Positions 1 through 9,753 are shown, numbered from the stretch's first letter. The stretch: DNA of 64,000 nucleotides from an uncultured bacterium (GCA_903900345.1 CAIUMO010000001.1:16960-80959); one strand, 5' to 3'. Translations and numbers: made by a program. The notes: generated from the sequence alone by a model not told the origin.

Positions 1-188
1 TTTGGGCATATATCGGTGGTGAAGGTCACAACCTACAGGAACACGCCGTTGTGCTAGTTCGTGGTGGTCGTGTCCCAGACCTTCCAGGTGTACGTTATCA
101 TATCGTTCGCGGCGCACTTGACCTTCAAGGTGTTGCAAAACGCAAACAGGGCCGTTCAAAGTACGGTGCTAAAAAGGAGACCAAGTAA
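1..188 (+). CDS. rpsL: 30S ribosomal protein S12, C-terminal part (5' end outside window)
   Basis: Frame from nt 3 reads [61 protein letters not shown], the conserved S12 C-terminus. TAA 186-188 overlaps the rpsG ATG. Canonical rpsL-rpsG-fusA-tuf order. Confidence 0.9.
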   Translation, partial: WAYIGGEGHNLQEHAVVLVRGGRVPDLPGVRYHIVRGALDLQGVAKRKQGRSKYGAKKETK

Positions 189-667
189 TGCCTCGTAAAG
201 TAACTGTCAGTTTGCAACGCAAACTAAATCCAGATCGAAAATATCAAAGCGTTATGGTTCAACACCTGATCAATAAATCAATGCTGGATGGCAAGAAACA
301 AATTGCTGAACGGGCTGTCTATACCGCGCTTGAAATTGCTGCTAAAAAACTTGGTAGCGAAAATCCTCTTGAAGTCTTTGAAAAAGCCGTCAAGAATGTT
401 TCACCAAACTTCGAAGTTAAATCTCGCCGTGTTGGTGGTGCTAACTATCAAATTCCGTTCCCAATCCAGGGTCACCGTCAATTGCACTACGCCTTTTCAT
501 GGATAGTCCAATCGGCTCGTACTCGTAAAGGCTTGTCTTACTCTAACCGTCTAGCTCAAGAGATTATTGATGCTTGTGGTGAGACCGGCGGCGCTTACAA
601 GAAAAAAGAAGATACCCACCGAATGGCTGAAGCTAACCGTGCCTTTGCACACTTCGCTCGCGCCTAA
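188..667 (+). CDS. rpsG: 30S ribosomal protein S7
   Basis: 159 aa. S7 hallmarks (GGANYQIPFP, RMAEANRAFAHF) and position after rpsL. Confidence 0.97.
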   Translation: MPRKVTVSLQRKLNPDRKYQSVMVQHLINKSMLDGKKQIAERAVYTALEIAAKKLGSENPLEVFEKAVKNVSPNFEVKSRRVGGANYQIPFPIQGHRQLHYAFSWIVQSARTRKGLSYSNRLAQEIIDACGETGGAYKKKEDTHRMAEANRAFAHFARA

Positions 668-725
668 TCAGGTGTTCATTATCTAATCAAAATAATTAAA
701 TAAAGGATATAAATAGGACAATTTC

Positions 726-2813
726 ATGACAGAAAGACATGTCCCTCTACAAGACCTTCGCAACATCGGCATTATTGCCCATATTGACGCTGGTAAAACA
801 ACTACGACTGAGGCTATTTTGTACCGAACCGGCCTGTCTCACAAGATTGGTCTTGTTCACGAAGGTGCAACAACGACTGACTGGATGGAACAAGAGCGTG
901 AGCGTGGTATCACTATTACCTCTGCCGCTGTGACAGCCTTTTGGCGTGATCACAAAATCAACCTCATTGATACACCAGGTCACATTGACTTTACGGCTGA
1001 AGTCGAACGCTCATTGCGCGTGCTTGACGGTGCCGTAACGGTATTCGATGGCAAGATGGGTGTTGAAGCTCAGTCTGAGACTGTTTGGCGCCAAGCTAAC
1101 AAATATCATGTGCCACGTATCTGTTTTATCAACAAGATTAACCAAACTGGTGGTGATTTTTACAAATCACTTGATTCGATTCATCGCCGTTTGACCAAGA
1201 ATGCTTTGCCAATCCACCTACCAATTGGTTTTGAAAAAGAAATCAATGGCGTAGTTGATCTAGTTGACATGAAATCGTATACCTACACGGATTATTCTGA
1301 TCATCAATTAGTCATTGGTGAAGTTCCAGCTAACATGCTTGAAAAAGCTAAAAACGCGCGCAGCCTGTTGGTTGAAGCAGCCGTTGAAGCTGATGATGCT
1401 TTGTTCGAACGCTTCCTAGACAAAGGTGAAGATTCAATTACAATCCCAGAACTAAAGGTTGCTCTTCGCAAACGAGTTCTAGCTGGTGATTTCTATCTAG
1501 TTACCGGTGGCGACGGTCGCGGTGTGATCGTTGAAAAAGTTCTTGACTTGGTTGTTGACTATTTACCATCACCACTTGATGTTGATGCTATTTGGGGCCA
1601 TGATCCAAAAACTGGTGAAGAAATTCAACGCAAACCTGACGAAAAAGAGCCTTTGGCTGGTCTAGCTTTCAAAATCGCTACCGACCCATTCGTCGGAAAA
1701 TTGATCTTCGTTCGTGTCTATAGCGGCAAGATGACTGCTGGTTCATACGTCCTAAACACCACAACTGGTGAAAAAGAACGTATTGGCCGCATCGTTCGTA
1801 TGCACGCTGACAAACGTGAAGATATTGAATCAATCGACGCTGGTGATATCGCGGCTGTTGTTGGTCTAAAGGGTACCTTTACCGGTATGACACTTTCCGA
1901 CATTGCCAAGCCAATTACACTTGAATCGATTACTTTCCCAGATCCTCCAGTTTCGATTGCGGTTGAACCAAAAACCAAATCTGACCAAGAGAAAATGGGC
2001 ATTGCTTTGCAACGTCTAGCTGAAGAGGATCCAACTTTCCGCGTTAGAACTGACGAAGAAACTGGCCAAACGATTATGTCAGGAATGGGTGAGTTACACC
2101 TTGATATCTTGATTGATCGTATGAAACGCGAATTTAAGGTTGAGGCAAACATTGGTGAACCTCAGGTTGCTTTCCGCGAATCTATCAAAGGTACATCAGA
2201 TGTCCAAGGTAAACACATCAAGCAATCTGGTGGACGTGGCCAGTATGGTGATGTTTGGGTCAAATTTGAACCGAACGAACCAGGCAAAGGCTTCGAGTTT
2301 ATCGATGCTATCAAAGGTGGCGTTGTGCCTCAGGAATATCGTAAACCAGTTGAAGCTGGTATTCGTGAAACCCTAGAAGGTGGTGTTATTGCTGGTTATC
2401 CAGTGGTCGACGTCAAAGCAACACTTTACGATGGTAGTTATCATGATGTTGACTCTAGCGAATTAGCCTTTAAACTAGCTGGTAGCATGGCTACCCGTGA
2501 CGGTATCAAAAAAGCTAAACCAATTTTGCTTGAACCAGTCATGCGCGTCGAAGTTACAACCCCTGAGGAATTCATGGGTGATGTTATAGGCGACCTTAAC
2601 TCACGCCGTGGCCGTATTGAGGCTATGGAAGATTTAAGTGCTGGCGCTAAATTGATCAAAGCTATGGTGCCGCTAGCTAACATGTTTGGTTACACGGGCG
2701 ATATTCGCTCAATGAGCCAAGGCCGAGCTGCAAGTACAATGGAGCTAGCTCTATATGAGGAAGTCCCACCTAACGTTGCTCAAGAAATCGTTGAGAAACG
2801 CTCTAGCAAATAA
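726..2813 (+). CDS. fusA: Elongation factor G
   Basis: 695 aa. GTPase motifs AHIDAGKTT and DTPGH, and an EF-G domain IV/V region (GELHLDI, SGGRGQYG). Confidence 0.98.
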   Translation: MTERHVPLQDLRNIGIIAHIDAGKTTTTEAILYRTGLSHKIGLVHEGATTTDWMEQERERGITITSAAVTAFWRDHKINLIDTPGHIDFTAEVERSLRVLDGAVTVFDGKMGVEAQSETVWRQANKYHVPRICFINKINQTGGDFYKSLDSIHRRLTKNALPIHLPIGFEKEINGVVDLVDMKSYTYTDYSDHQLVIGEVPANMLEKAKNARSLLVEAAVEADDALFERFLDKGEDSITIPELKVALRKRVLAGDFYLVTGGDGRGVIVEKVLDLVVDYLPSPLDVDAIWGHDPKTGEEIQRKPDEKEPLAGLAFKIATDPFVGKLIFVRVYSGKMTAGSYVLNTTTGEKERIGRIVRMHADKREDIESIDAGDIAAVVGLKGTFTGMTLSDIAKPITLESITFPDPPVSIAVEPKTKSDQEKMGIALQRLAEEDPTFRVRTDEETGQTIMSGMGELHLDILIDRMKREFKVEANIGEPQVAFRESIKGTSDVQGKHIKQSGGRGQYGDVWVKFEPNEPGKGFEFIDAIKGGVVPQEYRKPVEAGIRETLEGGVIAGYPVVDVKATLYDGSYHDVDSSELAFKLAGSMATRDGIKKAKPILLEPVMRVEVTTPEEFMGDVIGDLNSRRGRIEAMEDLSAGAKLIKAMVPLANMFGYTGDIRSMSQGRAASTMELALYEEVPPNVAQEIVEKRSSK

Positions 2814-2922
2814 AGCAAAAACCTCTTTACCTTATACGGTTCATTCTGTATAATGTTGACATACGTCGTGAGGTAATATTTCTCTCGTGCGAAAAATAAT
2901 TAATTAAGGAGACATAAATAAA

Positions 2923-4104
2923 ATGGCAGAATTCGATCGAACTAAGCCCCACGTTAACGTCGGTACCATGGGTCACGTTGACCACGGTAAGACAACACTA
3001 ACTTCAGCAATTACTAACGTTCTTGCAAAAAGATTACCTAGTGCAGTTAACAAACCAGTTGACTATGCTGCAATCGACAACGCTCCAGAAGAGCGCGCTC
3101 GTGGTATTACTATTGCATCAAGCCACCAGGAATATGAATCAGCTAAGCGACATTACGCTCACGTTGACATGCCAGGACACGCTGACTATGTTAAAAACAT
3201 GATCACTGGTGCTGCTCAAATCGACGGTGCTATTCTTGTAGTTGCCGCAAACGATGGTCCATTGCCACAAACTCGTGAACACGTTTTGCTTGCAAAACAA
3301 GTTGGTGTTCCAAAGATTCTTGTTTACCTAAACAAGATGGACCTTGCTGACCCTGAACTAGTTGAACTAGTTGAAATGGATATTCGTGAACTTCTAGCCA
3401 AAAACGGATTTGACGAAGACGCTCCAATCATCAAGGGTTCTGCTACAAAGGCCCTAGAAGGTGACAAAGAAGCCGAAGATTCAATCATGGCATTGGTCGA
3501 AGCTCTTGACAGCTATATCCCAGAGCCTGTCCGCGAACTAGACAAACCTTTCTTGATGCCTATCGAAGACGTCTTCTCAATCAAGGGACGTGGTACTGTT
3601 GCTACTGGCCGTATTGAACAGGGTATTGTCAAAATTAACGATCCAGTTGAGATTGTTGGTATTCACCCAATTCAAAAAACAGTTGTGACTGGTATTGAAG
3701 CTTTCAAAAAGAATCTTAACCAAGGTCAAGCTGGCGACAACGCTGGACTATTGCTCCGCGGTATTGAGCGCGAACAAATCGAACGCGGTCAAGTTATTGT
3801 TAAACCAGGCAGCCTAACTCCACATACTGAGTTTGAGTCTGAAGTTTACATCCTCAAAAAAGAAGAGGGTGGCCGACACACTCCATTCAGCAAAGGTTAC
3901 AAACCACAGTTCTACTTCCGTACAACTGACGTAACCGGTGAAGTTGAACTTCCAGCTGACAAAGAATTAGTTATCCCTGGCGATACACTAACTTTCAAAG
4001 TCGTTCTACTTGCGCCAATTGCAATGGAACAGGGCCTAAACTTTGCTATCCGCGAAGGTGGCAAAACTGTTGGTGCTGGTGTTGTAACCAAGATCATCAA
4101 ATAA
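2923..4104 (+). CDS. tuf: Elongation factor Tu
   Basis: 393 aa. [17 protein letters not shown] and NKMD motifs. AGGAG Shine-Dalgarno upstream. Confidence 0.98.
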   Translation: MAEFDRTKPHVNVGTMGHVDHGKTTLTSAITNVLAKRLPSAVNKPVDYAAIDNAPEERARGITIASSHQEYESAKRHYAHVDMPGHADYVKNMITGAAQIDGAILVVAANDGPLPQTREHVLLAKQVGVPKILVYLNKMDLADPELVELVEMDIRELLAKNGFDEDAPIIKGSATKALEGDKEAEDSIMALVEALDSYIPEPVRELDKPFLMPIEDVFSIKGRGTVATGRIEQGIVKINDPVEIVGIHPIQKTVVTGIEAFKKNLNQGQAGDNAGLLLRGIEREQIERGQVIVKPGSLTPHTEFESEVYILKKEEGGRHTPFSKGYKPQFYFRTTDVTGEVELPADKELVIPGDTLTFKVVLLAPIAMEQGLNFAIREGGKTVGAGVVTKIIK

Positions 4105-4149
4105 CTAGCTTTAGCTAGCCCTGTCGAATGACAGGGTCGACAAATATAA

Positions 4150-4180
4150 ATACCCTCGAGTAATCGGGGGTATTTTGTTG
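4150..4180 (+). terminator. Intrinsic terminator after tuf
   Basis: Hairpin ATACCCTCG-AGTAAT-CGGGGGTAT (about 9 bp including one G.U) followed by TTTGTTG. Confidence 0.55.
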
Positions 4181-4186
4181 TAAATC

Positions 4187-4215
4187 TTGATTATTGTGCC
4201 TAAAAATGCTACAAT
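4187..4215 (+). promoter_or_regulatory. Sigma70-like promoter for rpsJ
   Basis: TTGATT (4187-4192), 17-nt spacer, TACAAT (4210-4215) preceded by TGC (extended -10-like). Confidence 0.5.
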
Positions 4216-4312
4216 ACCTGCATATTATTTAATGATATCGAGAACTATGCAGTGGCAGAACTAAACTGGTCCATAGTGTAGGTTACGGTATAACACACAA
4301 GGAGCAACAATC

Positions 4313-4633
4313 ATGGCAGAACAAGAACCGAATCTTCGTATTCGTATCCGCCTTAAGGCTTACGATCACAAAGTGATCGATCAGTCGGCTAAACAAATTA
4401 TCGACACAGCAATTCGAACTGGCGCTAATATCGCCGGTCCAGTGCCACTTCCTACGCGTCGTAGCACCTTTACTGTTGTCAAATCACCACACGTCTACAA
4501 AAAGGGCGGTGAGGCCTTTGAAATGCGTGTTCACAAACGTCTAATCGACATTACAAACGCTACACCAAAGACAATCGACAGTTTGCAAAACCTCAGCTTG
4601 CCAGCTGGTGTTGACGCCGAAATTCGCATGTAA
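4313..4633 (+). CDS. rpsJ: 30S ribosomal protein S10
   Basis: 106 aa. [22 protein letters not shown]... is typical S10. GGAG Shine-Dalgarno upstream. Confidence 0.97.
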   Translation: MAEQEPNLRIRIRLKAYDHKVIDQSAKQIIDTAIRTGANIAGPVPLPTRRSTFTVVKSPHVYKKGGEAFEMRVHKRLIDITNATPKTIDSLQNLSLPAGVDAEIRM

Positions 4634-4653
4634 TTACGAATGAACTGAAATTT

Positions 4654-4678
4654 AATACCCCGCAATCTGCGGGGTATT
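4654..4678. terminator. Terminator-like hairpin between rpsJ (+) and a small minus-strand ORF
   Basis: AATACCCCGC-AATCT-GCGGGGTATT, 10-bp perfect stem flanked by A/T runs on both sides. Confidence 0.5.
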
Positions 4679-4694
4679 AAATTGGATTGTTAAG

Positions 4695-4919
4695 CTATTG
4701 AAGTTTATTAATAATATCCAGGGTGTCGACTTGAATCTTAAGAACCCAAACTGATAACACTAGGATATAGACGGCTAGTATTGACCAATAGATTGTTTGC
4801 CTAGTTACATATAATGACAAGAACGGATTTGTTTCTTTGGCAACATGAAACGGTTTTGTTTTAACTGGACGAGTTATCTTTTTTGCTAATTTTCTTCGCT
4901 GGTTTTTTGAAGTTGCCAT
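4695..4919 (-). CDS. Small hypothetical single-pass membrane protein
   Basis: ORF 4695-4931. The ATG at 4919 lies 12 nt after AAGAGGA. Basic N-terminus plus one hydrophobic helix (IYWSILAVYILVLSVWVL). No recognisable family. Confidence 0.3.
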   Translation of the reverse strand: MATSKNQRRKLAKKITRPVKTKPFHVAKETNPFLSLYVTRQTIYWSILAVYILVLSVWVLKIQVDTLDIINKLQ

Positions 4920-5002
4920 AAATGTATACAATCCTCTTAGATAACAGTTGATAGTGTTTATTATTACTCATTCATTTGTAAAACACAAGCGTTATTATAC
5001 AT

Positions 5003-5162
5003 GCTTCGCTCTAGTCTTTCTTTTCTGCCGTTCACCACCACTTAGTCCAGGCAGATGGCCACTTTACGGGTGACGCGAGGCGGGGCGGCACCCGATTTAC
5101 TACAAAATGGTAATCCATTTTTATAAATCAGGGGCGGACCGAGCGGCAGGACCCGTGGGGTG
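5003..5162 (+). repeat. Truncated second copy of the GC-rich element found at 54888-55201
   Basis: 5066-5088 is identical to 55152-55174 (23 nt). 5131-5162 is identical to 55168-55199 (32 nt). The 5' part 5003-5045 is recognisably related to 54891-54955. The central domain is missing. Confidence 0.7.
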
Positions 5163-5191
5163 AGATGGAGTAGGGTATCTGAACTAAATTA

Positions 5192-5220
5192 TTGACTCCT
5201 AACAGATAGTGTGCTACTAT
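5192..5220 (+). promoter_or_regulatory. Sigma70-like promoter for rplC and the downstream operon
   Basis: TTGACT (5192-5197), 17-nt spacer, TACTAT (5215-5220). Confidence 0.5.
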
Positions 5221-5328
5221 CAAATGGTAACTTATTAGAAAATAACAAACGATTCTTGGTGAATTGGTAAGTCCAACAGATTGGATACTGCCTCCCACCA
5301 AGAATTTTAAGTGGGAGCATGAAGGCAA
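5221..5328 (+). promoter_or_regulatory. rplC 5' leader with mutually exclusive hairpins
   Basis: Stem A is 5254-5261 TCTTGGTG with 5296-5303 CACCAAGA. Stem B is 5292-5298 CTCCCAC with 5311-5317 GTGGGAG. They share 5296-5298, and stem B covers the GGGAG Shine-Dalgarno-like motif. Confidence 0.3.
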
Positions 5329-5943
5329 ATGAAAGCACTTCTCGGTACCAAAATTGGTATGACCCAAATCATTAGCAAGGATGGTGTTGCAGTTCCTGTA
5401 ACATTAATTCAAGCTGGCCCTGTGACTGTGACTCAGGTCAAAACTGTCGAAACCGACGGTTACACTGCAGTACAAGTGGCGTATGGTGAGGGTAAGAACC
5501 TGAGCAAGGCCGTGGCTGGACACACAAAAACAGCCGGAAGTAACCCGAAACATATTCGGGAATTTCGTGTAACAGAACTACCAGAAGGCCTCTCGGTAGG
5601 AAACACGATTGACGTAACATCTTTTGCATTGGGCGACATCGTTGATGCCACCGGTACAAGCAAAGGTAAAGGTTTTGCTGGAACAGTAAAACGACATAAC
5701 TTTAACACTAGCCGACATACCCATGGCGGCAAAGGTAATATCCGCAAACCAGGATCAATTGGATCAATGTATCCACAAAAGGTCTTCAAAGGTAAGCGCA
5801 TGGCAGGACGCATGGGTCACGACCGAGTAACGGTCAAAAACCTTGTTGTCGCCTACGTTGACCCAACGAATAGCTTGATTGGTCTTCGTGGTGCCGTACC
5901 AGGTCCTAAAAAGGGCTTGATAATTATCGGAGGAAAAGCATAA
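5329..5943 (+). CDS. rplC: 50S ribosomal protein L3
   Basis: 204 aa. GKGFAGTVKRHNF motif. First gene of the conserved L3-L4-L23-L2 series. Confidence 0.97.
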   Translation: MKALLGTKIGMTQIISKDGVAVPVTLIQAGPVTVTQVKTVETDGYTAVQVAYGEGKNLSKAVAGHTKTAGSNPKHIREFRVTELPEGLSVGNTIDVTSFALGDIVDATGTSKGKGFAGTVKRHNFNTSRHTHGGKGNIRKPGSIGSMYPQKVFKGKRMAGRMGHDRVTVKNLVVAYVDPTNSLIGLRGAVPGPKKGLIIIGGKA

Positions 5944-6572
5944 TGGCTGAGTCTACTAAAACTACTGTAATTAAGAACGCCTTATCTGACGATATCTTTG
6001 CTGTTGATGTTAATAATCACGAATTATTGAAGTTAGCTTACGATAGCTATCTAGCCAATTCACGTACTGCTCACGCCACGACTAAACAACGTGGTGAAGT
6101 TAGTGGTGGTGGTAAAAAGCCATGGAAGCAAAAAGGTACCGGTCGAGCACGTTTTGGCTCGTCACGTAACCCAATCTGGCGCGGTGGTGGTGTTGTCTTC
6201 GGACCACGTGGTAATGAAAATTACACAAAGCACCTAACAACAACCAGCAAGCGTGTTGCTGTTAAACAAGCCCTAACCCTAGCTAATACTGCCAAGAAGA
6301 TCGTTGTTGATACATTCGCATTCAGCGAAGGTAAAACCAAAGAGACTATTACCTTACTAGCTAAGCACAAAATTGATCCACGCGCTCGCGTCCTATTGGT
6401 CGTCGACGTCAAGGATGGGATGGTTATTCGTGCAACTCGCAATATTGCGCAGGTCAAGATAATTCGTCCAACTTACTTGAACGTGTTTGATATCCTTAAT
6501 GCCGATACAATTATCATTAGCAAAAAATCTTTGCCAATGATCAGCGAATGGCTTACTAAGGTGGAGAAATAA
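5943..6572 (+). CDS. rplD: 50S ribosomal protein L4
   Basis: 209 aa. KPWKQKGTGRARFGS motif. ATG overlaps the rplC stop. Confidence 0.95.
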   Translation: MAESTKTTVIKNALSDDIFAVDVNNHELLKLAYDSYLANSRTAHATTKQRGEVSGGGKKPWKQKGTGRARFGSSRNPIWRGGGVVFGPRGNENYTKHLTTTSKRVAVKQALTLANTAKKIVVDTFAFSEGKTKETITLLAKHKIDPRARVLLVVDVKDGMVIRATRNIAQVKIIRPTYLNVFDILNADTIIISKKSLPMISEWLTKVEK

Positions 6573-6574
6573 TT

Positions 6575-6925
6575 ATGAAAACTCTAATTAGTGTATTCCC
6601 AAAGTCAACCGAAAAGGCTTATGCTCAATCAAAGAAGAATATCTATGTATTTGACGCTCCAGCTGATGCCAACAAGCAACAGATTTCTGAAGCGATCGAA
6701 GCTCAATACAACGTTACCGTTGCTGGCATCAAGACATTAGTCCAAACCGGCAAAGCTATCCGAGTTTCAAGAGGCAAACGCGCTCAACCAATAACTGTCT
6801 TTCGTAAAGATACCAAAAAGGCTTATGTCACACTTATCGAAGGTGATAGCATCAAGGTTTTTGACGAAGTTGCAGCGACTGAGACTAAAGCGGCTGTCAA
6901 GTCTGATAAAAAGGAGAAGAAGTAA
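6575..6925 (+). CDS. rplW: 50S ribosomal protein L23 (Lys-rich C-terminal tail)
   Basis: 116 aa. Position between rplD and rplB. L23-like core (KAYVTL...). Confidence 0.9.
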   Translation: MKTLISVFPKSTEKAYAQSKKNIYVFDAPADANKQQISEAIEAQYNVTVAGIKTLVQTGKAIRVSRGKRAQPITVFRKDTKKAYVTLIEGDSIKVFDEVAATETKAAVKSDKKEKK

Positions 6926-7764
6926 TGGCTATTACTCAATTTAACCCAACTACTCCAGCTCGTCGTGGTATGACTACGCAGGATCTTAGCGAAGTTACAA
7001 CTAACAAACCGCTCAAGAGCCTAGTTAAAAGCAAAAAGCAGAATGCTGGTCGTAACAACACTGGCCGTATTACCGTTCGACACCGTGGTGGTGGCGTTAA
7101 ACGTCATTATCGTCTGGTTAATCACAAGTTGGCGCCAGGTACAGTTGCTACTATTGAAGAGATCGAATACGATCCAAACCGTAGTGCTCGTATTGCTCGT
7201 ATCAAAGATCAGTTTGATCAATATCACTATGTCCTAGCTGATACCTCTATGGTACAAGGCAAGGTCATCTCAAGTGGTATCGATGCTCCAATCGAATCAA
7301 GCAACCGTATTCCACTTTCCAAGATTCCAATCGGTTCTCAGATTTATGCTATCGAGATTACTCCTGGTAAAGGTGCTCAATTAGTCCGTGCTGCTGGTGT
7401 TAAAGCTCAGCTGATGGCTAAAGAAGGTGACTATGCGCAGGTTCGACTACCATCAGGTGAGGTTCGTCGCTTCCGTCAAGAAGCAACTGCCGTCATTGGT
7501 ATGGTTGGTAACGTCCAGCACCAAAACGTCAAGATCGGTTCAGCTGGTCGCAAACGTCGTATGGGTATTCGTCCAAGTGTCCGTGGTGTTGTTATGAACG
7601 CGGTTGATCACCCACACGGTGGTGGTGATGGTGGCCGACACGGTACAGGTAAACCACCTCAGACTCCATGGGGTCAATTGACCCTTGGATATCGTACTCG
7701 TCGTCGTAAAGATGTCAGTAAGTTGATCATTAAGAGTCGCCATGATGCGAAGAGGAAGAAGTAA
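6925..7764 (+). CDS. rplB: 50S ribosomal protein L2
   Basis: 279 aa. VMNAVDHPHGGGDG motif. Confidence 0.97.
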   Translation: MAITQFNPTTPARRGMTTQDLSEVTTNKPLKSLVKSKKQNAGRNNTGRITVRHRGGGVKRHYRLVNHKLAPGTVATIEEIEYDPNRSARIARIKDQFDQYHYVLADTSMVQGKVISSGIDAPIESSNRIPLSKIPIGSQIYAIEITPGKGAQLVRAAGVKAQLMAKEGDYAQVRLPSGEVRRFRQEATAVIGMVGNVQHQNVKIGSAGRKRRMGIRPSVRGVVMNAVDHPHGGGDGGRHGTGKPPQTPWGQLTLGYRTRRRKDVSKLIIKSRHDAKRKK

Positions 7765-7767
7765 AAT

Positions 7768-8034
7768 ATGAGTCGTTCACTAAAAAAAGGACCATTCGTT
7801 GACTTCAAGCTTGCTAAGAAAGTGGCGGCGCTTGGACCAGACGATCGGACTATTATCAAAACTTGGGCCCGTGCTAGTACCATTAGCCCAGATATGGTCG
7901 GCCGTACAATCGCTGTCCATAACGGTAAAATGCACATTCCTGTTTTATTGTCAGAAAATATGGTTGGACATAAACTCGGTGAGTTTAGCCCAACTCGTAA
8001 ATTCCGCAAACACGGTGGAAAGGATAACAAATAA
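7768..8034 (+). CDS. rpsS: 30S ribosomal protein S19
   Basis: 88 aa. [11 protein letters not shown] and [11 protein letters not shown] motifs. Confidence 0.97.
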   Translation: MSRSLKKGPFVDFKLAKKVAALGPDDRTIIKTWARASTISPDMVGRTIAVHNGKMHIPVLLSENMVGHKLGEFSPTRKFRKHGGKDNK

Positions 8035-8471
8035 TGTCTGAATTATTAGTTGTTCGAGCCTACGCTAAGGGAATCGACCAAACACCACGTAAAATATCAC
8101 TAGTTGCTAGCTTGGTTCGTGGCCGAACTGTCGCTGATGCGCTTGTTATCTTGGCTCATACGCCAAAACGAGCTGCCAAGCCAGTTATCGACGCTATCGA
8201 AAGCGCCAAAGCTAACGCTATTAATAATCATGGTCTTGACAGTAAAACTCTAGTTCTTTCGACACTATCAACGACAGCCGGTGTTCGCCTAAAGCGATTC
8301 ATTCCTGCTAGCCGTGGTCGTGCTTTGCCTTTCCAGAAAAAATCAACTAATATTTTAGTCGAAGTATCTGGTGAAATTAAGCCAAAGAAGTCTGCATCTA
8401 CCACGACTGTAAAGTCAGCGGTCAAGACGTCTGACAAGACTAAGACAACTGTGAAAAAGGAGGATAAATAA
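8034..8471 (+). CDS. rplV: 50S ribosomal protein L22 (about 30-aa K/T-rich C-terminal extension)
   Basis: 145 aa. L22 core (PRKISLVASLVRGRTVADAL). Synteny. Confidence 0.93.
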   Translation: MSELLVVRAYAKGIDQTPRKISLVASLVRGRTVADALVILAHTPKRAAKPVIDAIESAKANAINNHGLDSKTLVLSTLSTTAGVRLKRFIPASRGRALPFQKKSTNILVEVSGEIKPKKSASTTTVKSAVKTSDKTKTTVKKEDK

Positions 8472-8472
8472 T

Positions 8473-9102
8473 ATGGGACAAAAAGTAAACCCAATTAGCT
8501 TCCGTCTTCAAGTTCATAAAAACTGGACTTCACGTTGGTTTGCTAGTAAACGAGACTTCTCGAAATGGTTGATCGAAGATCATCTCATTCGTGAGTTGAT
8601 TGAAAAGAAATTTGAAAGTCGTCCAACTATCAATCTGATTGAGATTGAACGCTCAGCTAACCTAATCACTGTTACTATTCACACCGCCAAAGCTGGTGTC
8701 GTGATCGGTCGTGGTGGTGCTGGTGTGACTGAATTAAAAGCCGGAATCGAAAAGATTGCCAGCCTGCCAGCTCGTATTAATATCGAAGAGGTCAAGCGAC
8801 CAGAGTTAGCTGCTAAATTAGTTGCCGAGAATATTGCTCGCCAGCTAGAACGACGCGTTAACTTCCGCCGTGCTATCAAAATGACGGCTCAAAGTACAAT
8901 TGCCGCTGGTGCCAAGGGTGTTCGCATCCAAGTCGCTGGACGTCTAAACAACGCCGAAATGGCCCGCCGCGAAAAAATCATTGAAGGTTCAGTGCCACTT
9001 CATACACTAAGGGCTGATATTGATTACCACGGTACTCGTGCTCAAACTCCAGCTGGAACTATTGGCGTTAAGGTTTGGATTTACAAGGGCGAAAGGGTTT
9101 AA
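8473..9102 (+). CDS. rpsC: 30S ribosomal protein S3
   Basis: 209 aa. MGQKVNPISFRL N-terminus and a KH domain. Confidence 0.96.
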   Translation: MGQKVNPISFRLQVHKNWTSRWFASKRDFSKWLIEDHLIRELIEKKFESRPTINLIEIERSANLITVTIHTAKAGVVIGRGGAGVTELKAGIEKIASLPARINIEEVKRPELAAKLVAENIARQLERRVNFRRAIKMTAQSTIAAGAKGVRIQVAGRLNNAEMARREKIIEGSVPLHTLRADIDYHGTRAQTPAGTIGVKVWIYKGERV

Positions 9103-9105
9103 TAT

Positions 9106-9519
9106 ATGTTATTACCAAAGAAAACTAAGTATCGTAAAGTTCGCAAAGGCAAAAACACTGGTGTAGCCACTCGTGGTCAATATATTGCTTTTGGTGACTA
9201 CGGTCTACAATCACAATCCAATGAATTGATTACCGGTCGTCAGATCGAGGCGTCTCGCCAAGCGATGACCCGTCATATCGATCGTGGTGGTAAGATTTGG
9301 ATTCGTATATTTCCACACACCCCTGTTACTCGTAAACCACTTGATGTCAAGATGGGTAGCGGTAAAGGTAACCCAGAGTTCTTCGTCGCTAAGGTCAAGG
9401 CCGGAACAGTTTTGTTCGAGATGAAGGGTGTTTCTGAAGAAGTCGCTCGCGAAGCTATGCGTTTGGCCTCTCATAAACTACCAGCTCGAACTAAATTCAT
9501 TACAAGGGAGCAAATCTAA
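9106..9519 (+). CDS. rplP: 50S ribosomal protein L16
   Basis: 137 aa. [12 protein letters not shown]-terminus. Confidence 0.97.
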   Translation: MLLPKKTKYRKVRKGKNTGVATRGQYIAFGDYGLQSQSNELITGRQIEASRQAMTRHIDRGGKIWIRIFPHTPVTRKPLDVKMGSGKGNPEFFVAKVKAGTVLFEMKGVSEEVAREAMRLASHKLPARTKFITREQI

Positions 9520-9752
9520 TGGCTATCAAGAAAACAACCAAGATAGCTAAGCAAGCTACCGAAGTAAAGACGATCGACCAACTGCAGGCTGACTATATTG
9601 CTGCCAAAACTGATCTAATTGAATCAAAACGTGGCCATAGGCTAGGTGAACTCACCAATCCTCGTGTCATCACCGTTACTCGTAAAAAAATCGCAAGCCT
9701 TCTGACTGCTATCCGAGCAGCCGAGATCGCTACTGCAAAGGAGAATAAGTAA
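9519..9752 (+). CDS. rpmC: 50S ribosomal protein L29
   Basis: 77 aa helical protein at the conserved position between rplP and rpsQ. Confidence 0.85.
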   Translation: MAIKKTTKIAKQATEVKTIDQLQADYIAAKTDLIESKRGHRLGELTNPRVITVTRKKIASLLTAIRAAEIATAKENK

Positions 9753-9753
9753 T

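Noticed and set aside
1718-2152. Long antisense or alternative-frame ORFs inside conserved genes (e.g. 1718-2152 in fusA, 5460-5813 in rplC, 27754-28062 in GH15, 52357-52797 in rplA, 39376-39690 in the Fn3 gene)
   Set aside because: They are entirely nested in strongly supported genes. They have no Shine-Dalgarno sequences and their biased composition mirrors the sense codons.
5131-5162. The 32-nt perfect repeat as a CRISPR repeat
   Set aside because: There are only two copies, 50 kb apart. There is no regular repeat-spacer array and no cas genes in the window.
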